64,000 nucleotides of DNA, from positions 61-64,060 of the forward strand of contig JAHEAU010000001.1 in the NCBI GenBank assembly GCA_024642625.1, written 5' to 3'. The position numbers were made by a program, and so were the translations under genes. Shown here one piece after another: positions 19,950-29,871 of this stretch. The notes under the pieces are model-generated. The model did no database searches. It was given only the letters and a program-made list of their open reading frames with translations, and had not been told where the DNA came from. The stretch is from Lewinellaceae bacterium. Lineage in GTDB: Bacteria; Bacteroidota; Bacteroidia; Chitinophagales; Saprospiraceae. Each line of letters begins with the position of its first letter. Within the stretch, counting starts at the first letter, position 1.

Positions 19950-20611
19950 CGACATCAGACCACTATCGTACTTTGGCAGCACCAGCCACGTCTGATCTTC
20001 GAGAGCGCGCCAGCAAGTTTCTAGGATTTGCATTTCCTCTGACCAATCAAACAGAATATCAACAGTTTTTGGAGGAGACAAAGTCTCTTCATCCAAAAGC
20101 GACACATCATTGTTATGCGTATCGGTTTGGACCTGGGGATGATCAATACCGGGCGAACGATGACGGAGAGCCTTCTGGTAGTGCCGGAAAACCCATTCTG
20201 GGTCAAATTGATAGTTTTGGGTTGTCCAATGTATTGATCATTGTTGTTCGGTACTATGGAGGAACCAAATTGGGCGTCCCGGGCTTGATTCAAGCTTATC
20301 GAGAATCAGCAAAACTGGCCATAGAGTCAGCGGAGGTAGTTGATGCCTATTATATGGTTCGACTGGAGGTCATTGCTGAATATCCAACGATACCGGATGT
20401 TATGTACGTAGGCAAGCAATATGATTGGGTGATGATTGATCAATCCTACACGACCACACATCAAACGATAATCATTGACATTCGGGAATCGGTTTATCTC
20501 AGCTTTTGGAATGATCTTCAAATTCGTGCAGGAGGGATGTATCCTGATGATCTAAAAGAAGGTAAAACATCATTAACCGTACAAATATCAAGACTAACAG
20601 ACCATGATTAA
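19946..20611 (+). CDS. yigZ: YigZ/IMPACT-family protein (UPF0029)
   Basis: Family motifs KATHHCYAYR and DDGEPSGSAGKPIL. I set the start at the ATG that forms an ATGA overlap with the upstream stop; the frame is open from 19883. Confidence 0.8.
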   Translation: MTTSDHYRTLAAPATSDLRERASKFLGFAFPLTNQTEYQQFLEETKSLHPKATHHCYAYRFGPGDDQYRANDDGEPSGSAGKPILGQIDSFGLSNVLIIVVRYYGGTKLGVPGLIQAYRESAKLAIESAEVVDAYYMVRLEVIAEYPTIPDVMYVGKQYDWVMIDQSYTTTHQTIIIDIRESVYLSFWNDLQIRAGGMYPDDLKEGKTSLTVQISRLTDHD

Positions 20612-21188
20612 AATTGGCATCACTGGAAATATTGGTAGTGGCAAAACGACAGTGTGCCGCATATTTGAAGCACTTCACGTTCCCGTAATTTATGCAGATC
20701 AAGTCAGTCGATTGCTATTGGAAGAGGATGAACATGTCATGGAAGCTGTGATTGAATTACTAGGGAGTAGCAGCTATGTTGAAGGCATTCCAGATCGAGC
20801 TTTTATTGCTTCCCAGGTATTTGGAAGTAAGGAGAAACTGTCTGGACTTAACGCTATTATACACCCACGGGTCCATGGGTATATCCGGGATTGGTTTTCG
20901 AATTTGCCAGTGGAAACACCTTATGCCATTGAAGAAGCGGCTTTGTTGATTGAATCTGGTGGATTCAGATTACTTGATGAATTGATTTTGGTTACGGCTC
21001 CGGAAGATTTGCGAATTCAACGTGTCATGGCGCGAGATAATGTTAAAAAAGAGCAGGTTGAGTCCAGAATTCACCATCAAATGAAAGAATCCGAAAAACG
21101 CAGGTATTGTGACTACATCATCAGGAATGATGGCAAGGGATTGTTGTTGCCTCAGGTCTTGGCAATTCATGAGGAATTGTTGGGATAA
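20604..21188 (+). CDS. coaE: dephospho-CoA kinase
   Basis: P-loop GITGNIGSGKTT at the N-terminus, 194 aa, with an 8-nt overlap with yigZ. Confidence 0.92.
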   Translation: MIKIGITGNIGSGKTTVCRIFEALHVPVIYADQVSRLLLEEDEHVMEAVIELLGSSSYVEGIPDRAFIASQVFGSKEKLSGLNAIIHPRVHGYIRDWFSNLPVETPYAIEEAALLIESGGFRLLDELILVTAPEDLRIQRVMARDNVKKEQVESRIHHQMKESEKRRYCDYIIRNDGKGLLLPQVLAIHEELLG

Positions 21189-21314
21189 ATGCCCCAATTC
21201 TGCATGTAAATTCCTAACTTGGCTCTTGCCAGCAAGGCAACCCAAGAACCATGATTGACCTTCGGGAAAGAAGGTAAAATGGGATATTTATAAGGTACTC
21301 TACAACCGCATTTT

Positions 21315-24300
21315 ATGAGAAACCATGGTTTTCTGGCAAGGATTCTTCCTTGGCCTACTCTCTTCCTATTGATTTGTTTTGGAATCCTTTTTCCGGATTT
21401 CCTGTCGGCCAATAGTGGTACACACTTCTTTGGTCCAGAAGTGCTTCTCTGTGACAATGTCACGGATGGAGGCAGTATTTCAGGTGATGAAATTGGATGT
21501 CCGAACCCAATTTTCGATCCATCCTTGATTGAAAATGTCATTCTACCTTCAGGAGGATCCGGAAACCTAGAATATGTCTGGATGTATACTACTGAAGATC
21601 CTTCTTTGCCTGTGATATATTGGCACCCATTGCCCAATTCAAATTCAGCAGAGTATGATCCGGGGCCGATCACAATGACTACCTGGTATCGGCGTTGTTC
21701 CCGCCGTTCAGGATGTTCTGAATATGTGGGTGAAACAGACTACGTAACTAAAGAAGTAAAGTGCTGTGAGAATGTCGTGGAACCTGGGACTATAGGCTAT
21801 GACCAAAAAGTATGCGCTGAGAATATAGATCCGAATCAGATTATCGAGCTTGTCCCTGCTTCAGGTGGATCGGGAAATCTCGTTTATACCTGGTATTCTA
21901 GCACGACAGGTCTTCCCTTTGATCCATTAATCTGGGATTTGATCCCAGGAGCGGATCAATCCAGTTTTGACCCCGGTACCTTGATGAGTACAACGTGGTT
22001 TGTCAGGACAGTCAGGCGTGAAGATTGCACAGAGGAATTGGCTTCAACTCCAGTGGTTGTCGAATTGTTCGCTTCACCTTTCGTTTCTGCTTTGATCACT
22101 GACGTAGATTGCTATAGCCAATCAACAGGAGCAATTGATCTCACAGTGACGGGAGGTGTTTCGCCTTACTCGTTTGATTGGTCCAATGCTCCAGATATAG
22201 AAGACCCTTCAGGACTTCAAGCAGGTACATATCAAGTGACTGTTGTGGATGCAAATGGCTGCTCTTCTGTTTCAGAGTATTCAATTGGTCAGCCAACCGA
22301 ACTGATCCTTTCAGGAGTAATAACGGAACCATCCTGTTTTGGAGATCAAACTGGTTCGGTTGATTTAACCGTTTCGGGTGGAACACCTGGTTACATCTAT
22401 ATCTGGAATACAGGCGCAACAACAAGTTCAATAGTTGGTCTCGGTACAGGAATGTATGCTGTGACAGTGACCGATCAGAACAGCTGTCCAAAATCTGCTG
22501 TATTTAATGTTAATGGTCCTGTTGGCTTAATAGCATCTATCAGTTATTCCGATGTTCGTTGTGCTGGATCTGCAGATGGCGAATTACATGTGGCCGTTTC
22601 CGGCGGGACAAGTCCATATACATTTTTGTGGAACAATGGCGCGACAACAGCGGATGTTGAAAACCTTGCAGGAGGTGCATACACTGTAACTGCCACAGAT
22701 GCCAAGGGATGCACTCTGGTGCTTCAACAAGACATATTGGAGCCTCCTCCGCTTTCACTTGAGCTTTTCGGGATCGATCCGACCTGTGAAGGCGGATCAA
22801 ACGGAGAGACCTCTGTGCTGGTCTCTGGAGGGACACTACCCTATCAATATCTCTGGAATGATGCATCCAACAGTCCGAACAATGTCGTTACAGGATTGAG
22901 TGCGGGTGTGTATACTGTAACCGTAACAGATGGACATGATTGTACAGCTGCGGAACAAATTTCATTGGCAGATGGAATCGATGATTGTGACCTCTCCATT
23001 GGCGATTTCGTATGGCTTGACAGTGACCGTGACGGCATTCAGGATAATGGGGAATATGGAGAAAACGGCATTCTTGTCAAGCTGGTCAAAACCGGGCCTG
23101 ATGGCGATTATGGAACATCTGACGATGAGGTCATTGATAGTACATACACCAGTGGATTTGGATTTAATACAGGGTACTATCTCTTTCATGATGTCCAACC
23201 AGGCACATATTCCATATGTTTTGTCATAGATACATCAGCATTCCAGTTTACAGTTCAGGATGCTGGAGGCAATGATGCATTGGATAGCGATGCTAGCAAT
23301 AGTTCAGGTTGTGTGGCAGAATTCACCATTCTGTCAGGAGGAATGGATGATCTGACGTTTGACGCTGGTATTCATGCGCGTTGTGATAATGTGTACACCG
23401 GAGGCGAGATCGGATATGATGAAGTGCTTTGTGCGCCTGGAGAAAACCCTGACGAAATTGTCAATATTCTTTTTCCAACCGGGGGTACAGGGCAATTTGA
23501 ATATCTCTGGCTTCGATCTGAATTAGATCCAAACTACTTTCCCGGGAATCCCAATTGGATACCCATACCCAACTCCAACACCCCCAATTATGATCCGTCA
23601 GCCATCCAGGTGACAACTTATTATATTCGGTGTGCGCGTCGTGCAGGCTGCTGGAATTATCCTGGAGAGTCCAATATCGTTACAAAATCAGTGGTCGATC
23701 CAAATCCTGAAATTATTGGGCCTGCCGGACCTTTATGCATGGGTGAAGACTACTTTTATATGGCAGCGAATAATGGTCCGAATGCAACATATTTTTGGGA
23801 TTTTGGGCCGAATGGACATCCCCAAACTGCAACAACGTTGGCAGTGAATAATGTAAGTTGGGATGCTGCCGGAATCCAGACTATTTCATTGACGGTAAAT
23901 GTGGACGGTTGTATCGCTATGTCAATATTGCAAGTCCAAGTGGATGAATGCGGTGGTAAGCATGTCATTAGCCAATTTAATGGATTGGTTACAGCGGAGT
24001 TGGATGTAGACCTTCGATGGTTCTCGCCAGCCTATGATATGGATCATGTTTATGTCGTTGAACGTTCAATTGATGGAATCACTTATCAATATCTGTCCAC
24101 TGTGCTTGGGAAATCAAATGTTGGAAGCTGGTATAGCTATCGGGATTTGGTACCCGAATGGGGTGAAAATATCTATAAGATAAGAATGGTTTCCGCCCAA
24201 GGTGTAATGGCAAATTCAGATTTGGTGCGTGTCTTAGTGAAGGAAGCCGAAATGTTTAATGTCATTTTGTTCCCAAATCCTTTTCGTGATTTGCTTACCA

Positions 24301-24503
24301 TTCGGATGTTAGAAACATTACCAACGGAAACACATGTAGATTTCTATGATATTCTAGGAAGAAAATTGCATCAGGAAGTATTGCCAGCTCAAACGAAAAC
24401 AGTTCAAGTGAATTGTAAAGATTGGCCATCAGGACCTGTATTAATATGGGTTAGTCAGGAAGGCAAACGGCCATTCAGTTTGCATGTTCAGAAAGTCAAT
24501 TAG
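21315..24503 (+). CDS. large secreted adhesin-like protein: SprB repeats, SdrD-B-like and PKD-like domains, T9SS C-terminal sorting domain
   Basis: 1062 aa with a signal peptide. It has four SprB-type repeats (e.g. DVDCYSQSTGAIDLTVTGGVSPYSFDWSN), an SdrD-B-like segment (GDFVWLDSDRDGIQDNGE) and a PKD-like segment (YFWDFGPNGH). The C-terminal tail is NVILFPNPFRDLLTIRM...PFSLHVQKVN. Confidence 0.85.
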   Translation: MRNHGFLARILPWPTLFLLICFGILFPDFLSANSGTHFFGPEVLLCDNVTDGGSISGDEIGCPNPIFDPSLIENVILPSGGSGNLEYVWMYTTEDPSLPVIYWHPLPNSNSAEYDPGPITMTTWYRRCSRRSGCSEYVGETDYVTKEVKCCENVVEPGTIGYDQKVCAENIDPNQIIELVPASGGSGNLVYTWYSSTTGLPFDPLIWDLIPGADQSSFDPGTLMSTTWFVRTVRREDCTEELASTPVVVELFASPFVSALITDVDCYSQSTGAIDLTVTGGVSPYSFDWSNAPDIEDPSGLQAGTYQVTVVDANGCSSVSEYSIGQPTELILSGVITEPSCFGDQTGSVDLTVSGGTPGYIYIWNTGATTSSIVGLGTGMYAVTVTDQNSCPKSAVFNVNGPVGLIASISYSDVRCAGSADGELHVAVSGGTSPYTFLWNNGATTADVENLAGGAYTVTATDAKGCTLVLQQDILEPPPLSLELFGIDPTCEGGSNGETSVLVSGGTLPYQYLWNDASNSPNNVVTGLSAGVYTVTVTDGHDCTAAEQISLADGIDDCDLSIGDFVWLDSDRDGIQDNGEYGENGILVKLVKTGPDGDYGTSDDEVIDSTYTSGFGFNTGYYLFHDVQPGTYSICFVIDTSAFQFTVQDAGGNDALDSDASNSSGCVAEFTILSGGMDDLTFDAGIHARCDNVYTGGEIGYDEVLCAPGENPDEIVNILFPTGGTGQFEYLWLRSELDPNYFPGNPNWIPIPNSNTPNYDPSAIQVTTYYIRCARRAGCWNYPGESNIVTKSVVDPNPEIIGPAGPLCMGEDYFYMAANNGPNATYFWDFGPNGHPQTATTLAVNNVSWDAAGIQTISLTVNVDGCIAMSILQVQVDECGGKHVISQFNGLVTAELDVDLRWFSPAYDMDHVYVVERSIDGITYQYLSTVLGKSNVGSWYSYRDLVPEWGENIYKIRMVSAQGVMANSDLVRVLVKEAEMFNVILFPNPFRDLLTIRMLETLPTETHVDFYDILGRKLHQEVLPAQTKTVQVNCKDWPSGPVLIWVSQEGKRPFSLHVQKVN

Positions 24504-24527
24504 TCAGTTATATCATCTGATTAAAGT

Positions 24528-24567
24528 AAAGCGGTTGAGATTTGAAAAAAATCTCAACCGCTTTTTT
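24528..24567 (+). terminator. rho-independent terminator after the 1062-aa gene
   Basis: Perfect 16-bp stem AAAGCGGTTGAGATTT / AAATCTCAACCGCTTT with a 5-nt loop; the T run following GC at the end of the 3' arm totals T6. Confidence 0.85.
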
Positions 24568-24789
24568 ACTTTAAGTTGAATTCGATAAGACGTTAGAAAA
24601 TAATGATTTACAAATAAATGCAATGCGCAATTTGTAAATTATTATACTTCAAGTGCTTTTGTATGTAAAATTCCTTTAATACCTTAGAGCTGTCGAGAGA
24701 CATTCGGATTGATCCCATGGGCGTTAAAGACAAACCCATTTTTATTCCAATCCGATTTCCATCCCAGAAACCGCAATTTCCCAAAACAG

Positions 24790-24818
24790 GGCCTTCCGGA
24801 TCCAATCCAATGAAGGCC
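24790..24818 (-). terminator. possible terminator hairpin after the photolyase gene
   Basis: 7-bp stem GGCCTTC / GAAGGCC with a 15-nt loop, 5 nt past the stop. Short T tracts flank it on both strands. Confidence 0.35.
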
Positions 24819-24823
24819 TTGTT

Positions 24824-26164
24824 TTATTTTGGGCTGTTTATACCGGACTTATATATGCTCAAACACCTTTCCCGAGCAAAGTTGTGTTCAACAATTGGCT
24901 CAGGATATTCAGATGTATCGAATTCGGGTACCCACGTTTTAATGTACCTCATGTCCGGATCAAATCGTTTCTGTTGAGCCGTCGGATTGAAAATTCGAAA
25001 ATACGGTGCAGCATCAGTGCCACATCCTGCCGCCCACTGCCAACCGCCATTATTACTTGCCAGATCATAATCCAATAATTTTCTCGCAAAATAATGTTCG
25101 CCCCATCGCCAATCTATCAGTAGATGTTTTGACAGGAAACTGGCGACGACCATCCGAACTCGGTTGTGCATCCAGCCAGTCTGATTGAGTTGGCGCATTC
25201 CGGCATCTACTAGTGGATACCCCGTTTTTCCGACACACCATAAATCAAATTCTGCTTCATTATTCCGCCATGCAATCTGCTCATATTCTTTTCTAAATGG
25301 TCCGGAAACGATATGCGGAAAATGGAAAAGAATCATTGCATAGAAATCCCTCCAGATCAATTCATTCAGATATACCTCACTTACAGAAAGTGCAAATCGG
25401 GCATTTTCTCTCAGACTTATTGTCCCAAATCGGAAATGGATACCCAGTTTACTAGTTCCATTAATGGATGGAATATCTCTCGATTGATGATAATTTGATA
25501 AAATAGAATGATCGCATTCCCGACTTGGAAATGAAATCACAACAGGATCAAAGCCTATTTCTTTTAGTGACCGAATTGGAGACAAAGGCATTTGTTTCCA
25601 TCCATTGATTTCTGAAGAGGGATACGATCGAAAGCAGGCGTACGAACCATCAGCCAAAACGCCACTTTCGACCATTATTTTTTTCCAGGTTTTTGAATAC
25701 GGCGTAAATACGGTATAGGGGTGGCCATCAGGTTTGACTACTTCATTTCGTTCAAAGATGACGTGGTCTTTGAAGGTCTGAAATGAACGATTCGTTGAAA
25801 TACACCATTTCTGTATTTGTTCATCCCGTTTCAGGGAGTAAGGTTCATCATCATGATTTGCAAATATCGTTTGTACTGAATGTGCCTCTACTAACGCGGG
25901 TATCTCTACTTCAGGTTGACCATGAAGGATGAACAAATCACCGCCTTTTTTCTGGATTTCTGTTTTCAGATGGCTGACAGCCTGATGTATGAATGTCACT
26001 CGGGCATCATTACAATCTTCCAATTGATCCAGTATGTTTGTGTCAAAGACAAAACAAGCAATGACTTGGCGGCCGCTTGACAGGGCGTGAAAAAGTCCGC
26101 AATTATCGTGCAGACGCAAATCACGTCGAAACCAAAAGAGAACAGGTGATTCGGAGTTGATCAT
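24824..26164 (-). CDS. phr: deoxyribodipyrimidine photo-lyase (class I CPD photolyase family)
   Basis: N-terminal FWFRRDLRLHDN. The FAD-binding C-terminus reads WMHNRVRMVVASFL...DLASNNGGWQWAAGCGTDAAPYFRIFNP. Confidence 0.9.
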   Translation of the reverse strand: MINSESPVLFWFRRDLRLHDNCGLFHALSSGRQVIACFVFDTNILDQLEDCNDARVTFIHQAVSHLKTEIQKKGGDLFILHGQPEVEIPALVEAHSVQTIFANHDDEPYSLKRDEQIQKWCISTNRSFQTFKDHVIFERNEVVKPDGHPYTVFTPYSKTWKKIMVESGVLADGSYACFRSYPSSEINGWKQMPLSPIRSLKEIGFDPVVISFPSRECDHSILSNYHQSRDIPSINGTSKLGIHFRFGTISLRENARFALSVSEVYLNELIWRDFYAMILFHFPHIVSGPFRKEYEQIAWRNNEAEFDLWCVGKTGYPLVDAGMRQLNQTGWMHNRVRMVVASFLSKHLLIDWRWGEHYFARKLLDYDLASNNGGWQWAAGCGTDAAPYFRIFNPTAQQKRFDPDMRYIKTWVPEFDTSEYPEPIVEHNFARERCLSIYKSGINSPK

Positions 26165-26228
26165 CTAACAAGAATGGTGAATTCAGGACAAATGTTCAGT
26201 TGACGTCTTGAGAAGTAATAGAACCACC

Positions 26229-26236
26229 TACTTTTG
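26229..26236 (+). promoter_or_regulatory. candidate -7 promoter box (TAnnTTTG)
   Basis: TACTTTTG lies 16 nt upstream of the ATG at 26253. This supports that internal Met as the true start of the lipoprotein gene. Confidence 0.35.
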
Positions 26237-26252
26237 TAAAAAATTGAAGCGA

Positions 26253-27107
26253 ATGAATGAATTTCTTTTCTGGGTTAGCCTATTCGGAGTGCTTATTTTT
26301 GCTGGTTGTCATGATCAATCGAACACCTCTGCCCTACCGGACCTAGACTCCATTCACACACTACCAGAATTGAATGCGGCAGAAGAAAAGATTGAGCTGG
26401 CATTACTAGACGATCCATCAATCGATGGGGGTCATGTGTTTGGACAACTTGCTGCTAAAGCAGTGTCATTGTCTCGACTCATCGATGCAGAACGACTTTT
26501 TCAAAAGGCGATTCTATCGAATCCAGAGAGTCCGGACAGAGGGATCAACTTGCATGGGTTGTCCAGTTTGTACAGAGTCCATTGGAAGTTCGTGACTCTG
26601 GCTGATATGATCTGTTGCCTTGGAAAGACATCTGACAATGTAGATTGTTGCCCATCTGATTTCCCCGATCCTGATAGTACCCATCAGCTTTTGCGAGATC
26701 GGATTGTCGTTGATTCTTTAGGTGAATTTTCTAAACAGGCTGGAAGGGAATATATCGCATTCTGCCAATCGTATGCCCTTCTTTACCCTGATCGACTGCA
26801 GTCGGCTGCCTATCTGAATGAAGGCGCAAAATTGGCAGCGAGCTTGCGTATGCCGGTGATTGCTGTCAGACTGTATCAATGGGTTTACACCCGCTTTAAA
26901 ACGAGTGAGATCGCACCCAAAGCGAGATTTTTGGAGGCATTTACGCTAGAAAATGATTTGAAGGACCTTGAAGCAGCTCGAACAGCTTACGAAGGATACT
27001 TGAAAGACTATCCGGAAGACATCTTCGCTAAAGATGCACGAATCTTGTTAGAAAACCTTGGGAAAGATCCTGAAGAGATGATCCGTGAATTTCAAAAACA
27101 AGAATAA
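26253..27107 (+). CDS. hypothetical lipoprotein with TPR-like C-terminal helices
   Basis: Signal and lipobox MNEFLFWVSLFGVLIFAGC. The helical C-terminus (ARTAYEGYLKDYPEDIFAKDARILLENL) resembles TPR. The frame is open from 26208. Confidence 0.5.
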   Translation: MNEFLFWVSLFGVLIFAGCHDQSNTSALPDLDSIHTLPELNAAEEKIELALLDDPSIDGGHVFGQLAAKAVSLSRLIDAERLFQKAILSNPESPDRGINLHGLSSLYRVHWKFVTLADMICCLGKTSDNVDCCPSDFPDPDSTHQLLRDRIVVDSLGEFSKQAGREYIAFCQSYALLYPDRLQSAAYLNEGAKLAASLRMPVIAVRLYQWVYTRFKTSEIAPKARFLEAFTLENDLKDLEAARTAYEGYLKDYPEDIFAKDARILLENLGKDPEEMIREFQKQE

Positions 27108-27113
27108 AGAGGA

Positions 27114-27581
27114 TTATACAATGCCCAATTCAGGGAGATCGATCCGCCTGACTGTTGGCAGTGCGGCACCTTTTATCGTCGTTGTTATCTCCAAGTAAAA
27201 GTGAGATTGTACATTTTCAATCCATCCCAAACTAAGAGCTATTGGACGAAAGATTAATTTCTTTTTCAGCCGGTCCAATGGACTGGATGCGAGATCATAT
27301 GGCACTTCAGTATTAAACACGACGGGTAAGTCGGGTTTGACATGCCATGGTCCGTTTAATGTGCACTGGCCTAACTGTAGAGTTTGTTTGTGTTTTCGAG
27401 TCCAGCGGCCTCTGGTATACTCCTCTTTCAGAACCAAGTTTATTTGAGTAATGGTTCGGACTTCTTTTGTATTCCATTTCAGGGTGACTGGCAAGACAGA
27501 ATTTGACTTATCCTGTTGCCCAAAGTGTACTTCAAGATCCAGTGCCTGGATACCAATAAATGTTTTTAGTTCCCTTAGCAT
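27114..27581 (-). CDS. hypothetical protein, weakly SpoOM-like (arrestin-like fold family)
   Basis: 155 aa. The N-terminus LKTFIGIQALDLEVHF and the later beta-rich pattern resemble SpoOM-family proteins. Recognition is weak. Confidence 0.35.
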   Translation of the reverse strand: MLRELKTFIGIQALDLEVHFGQQDKSNSVLPVTLKWNTKEVRTITQINLVLKEEYTRGRWTRKHKQTLQLGQCTLNGPWHVKPDLPVVFNTEVPYDLASSPLDRLKKKLIFRPIALSLGWIENVQSHFYLEITTTIKGAALPTVRRIDLPELGIV

Positions 27582-27704
27582 TCGTACAAGGTACAGGTTC
27601 CCAATTGTTCACTTCTGGTATTTCGATAGACACAATGTCCTGATCGATAAAAGCCCCTCCAGGACGAACCTGGAGGGGCTTTGGACATGTTCTCTTGGCG
27701 AACG

Positions 27705-29222
27705 TTACATACCAAAAGCGTAATAATATGTTTCACCTGGTTTGCTGTCATAGATGCCTTCGATCATGACTCCGCCTTTGTTATGACTCAGAAGAGTGTC
27801 CACATCCTTAGGATCGTCTACCTCTTTTCCGTTAATTCGAAGAATGATAAATCCTTCCTGGACATTTGTTTCTTTGCGAAGTTTTCCGGGCATCAGTTTC
27901 TTGATCTGAACACCACCATCAATACCCAGTTTTTTAGCTGTACCTGGAGTGACACTAGCCAATTCAGCGCCGAGAAGCTCTTCAATCTTTCGGGGAGTTT
28001 CTTTGACGACACGTTTTGTATCACCGTTCTTATTGTTGAGAACTATCGAGAAGTCCTTCATCGAGCCATTTCTGTCAACAGTAACTTTTAGTCGATCCCC
28101 AGGTCGATGACGGGCAATTGTTTCCAATAGTGCTGAGGAATTATTCACCGGCGAATCCTCGATCGCCGTGATAATATCACCGGAAAGAATTCCTGCAGCT
28201 TCAGCAGCTCCGCCACCAACAAGACTGTCGACATATACGCCCTGGAAGCGTTTGAGTCCTTTCTCACTAGCCAGGTTATTATCTACGCTACGAATCATTG
28301 CACCAATGAAACCCCTCTGGACGGTGCCAAATTCTAAGAGATCTTCAACAACCTTACTGACAATATTTGAGGGAATCGCAAATCCATAACCAGAATATGA
28401 TCCGGTTGGGCTTGCAATTGCTGTGTTGATACCTATCAGATTTCCTTCCAGATTGACCAATGCACCCCCACTATTTCCAGGATTTATAGCTGCATCTGTT
28501 TGAATAAATGACTCTACTGCAAATTGATCTCTAAGGATATTTATGTTCCGTCCTTTCGCAGATACGATACCGGCGGTTACAGTTGAATTGAGGTTGAAGG
28601 GATTGCCAACTGCCATAACCCATTCGCCAACTTGAACCTGATCCGAATTCACAAAGGAAACAGAAGGCAACCCGGATTCTTCAATCTTAAGTAAAGCCAG
28701 ATCCGTGGTAGGATCTACACCGACAAGTTTTGCCTTGAAACTGCGGTTATCATGCAAGGTGACTTCAACATCTGTTGCGTCTTCAATGACGTGATTGTTC
28801 GTGATGATGTAACCATCTGGCTGAATAATCACCCCGGATCCAGTTCCGACACGCATTTCTGGTTCTCGAGGTTGATTTGGGGATTCATATTGGTTTTGCG
28901 GCCCAAAGAATCGTTCAAACAGGTCATCACCAAATAAATCACCCATCGGGTTGGATTGTCTGGTCATGCTCCGAGAATCCATACTTTGGGTCGATTTGAT
29001 ATTCACAACCGCATCCATGACTTTGGTCGCAGTTTTTGTAAAATCAAGGGGGATAAGTTCACCATCACTGTTGGTGGTATACATGGCTCCTTGGACTGGT
29101 AGATCATTTACATGCTGAATCTTGACTGTTTTTGTCTGCCAACCAAACAAATAAGCTGCAGCAAATAGAGCACCAGTAACAGTTAAGGCTGTGATCGCAC
29201 TGACCAGAATATATTTTTTCAT
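27705..29222 (-). CDS. htrA: Do/HtrA-family periplasmic serine protease with two PDZ domains
   Basis: Signal anchor, then catalytic triad contexts TNNHVIE, TDLALLKI and GNSGGALVN, followed by two PDZ-like regions. Confidence 0.92.
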   Translation of the reverse strand: MKKYILVSAITALTVTGALFAAAYLFGWQTKTVKIQHVNDLPVQGAMYTTNSDGELIPLDFTKTATKVMDAVVNIKSTQSMDSRSMTRQSNPMGDLFGDDLFERFFGPQNQYESPNQPREPEMRVGTGSGVIIQPDGYIITNNHVIEDATDVEVTLHDNRSFKAKLVGVDPTTDLALLKIEESGLPSVSFVNSDQVQVGEWVMAVGNPFNLNSTVTAGIVSAKGRNINILRDQFAVESFIQTDAAINPGNSGGALVNLEGNLIGINTAIASPTGSYSGYGFAIPSNIVSKVVEDLLEFGTVQRGFIGAMIRSVDNNLASEKGLKRFQGVYVDSLVGGGAAEAAGILSGDIITAIEDSPVNNSSALLETIARHRPGDRLKVTVDRNGSMKDFSIVLNNKNGDTKRVVKETPRKIEELLGAELASVTPGTAKKLGIDGGVQIKKLMPGKLRKETNVQEGFIILRINGKEVDDPKDVDTLLSHNKGGVMIEGIYDSKPGETYYYAFGM

Positions 29223-29358
29223 GAGGCAATTGATTTAATATGGAAAAGTAACGCCAAGGAGTGGCATTGAGGAAAGCCGGGATATGACTTTGACAAAAAA
29301 TTAACGCGCTGGCTACATTTTCACACGGAGAGGACAGAGATTCCTCAATGATTGGGAC

Positions 29359-29871
29359 TTACGATGGTATCGGAATCATTGACCTTATCCAAGAAGATTT
29401 AATTGGAGTTATCCACATATTTCTCCATTCACCTATCTGCTGGATCGTTTGATCCAGAATAAGAGAATCAGAACATATTATGCCTTCATGAAGTCTGGTT
29501 TTCAATTCCTTTTTTGTGTAAAATACGATGCCATCCTCCAGGAAAACTGGGATATGTAAACGATTGAAAAGGTCCTTTCCAATTTGGTTGCCAATGCTGG
29601 CTACATGTTGATGAAGTGCATCAAGTGAGCAACCTGTGGCATGATTGCCTTGAGCATCCACGGAGACTACGAGGAAGTGGTCCAAATATAGATTGAAGGC
29701 TGCTTGTAGAGATTGTTGGTGTGCTGTCCATCCAGATATAAAGGTGTCTAAAAGTTGCCGAATCACTTTTTGATCCTCTTTTGAAAGTGGTTCAATGGTT
29801 TGGAAAAGCCAAATTCTGCTTGAAGGATCAAATCCATTGAACGGCGAAGTATTGATTGTTGTACCTACCAT
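29359..29871 (-). CDS. conserved hypothetical protein linked to the Fe-S gene pair
   Basis: 170 aa with segments SRIWLFQ and ATGCSLDA that I recognise from a Bacteroidota family of unknown function. It has a 7-nt overlap with the upstream CCG-domain gene. Confidence 0.5.
   Translation of the reverse strand: MVGTTINTSPFNGFDPSSRIWLFQTIEPLSKEDQKVIRQLLDTFISGWTAHQQSLQAAFNLYLDHFLVVSVDAQGNHATGCSLDALHQHVASIGNQIGKDLFNRLHIPVFLEDGIVFYTKKELKTRLHEGIICSDSLILDQTIQQIGEWRNMWITPIKSSWIRSMIPIPS

Noticed and set aside
21167-21673. 168-aa minus-strand ORF overlapping the coaE 3' end, the intergenic region and the 5' end of the 1062-aa adhesin gene.
   Set aside because: It overlaps the signal-peptide-encoding start of a strongly supported gene. 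It has no recognisable motif and its composition is atypical.
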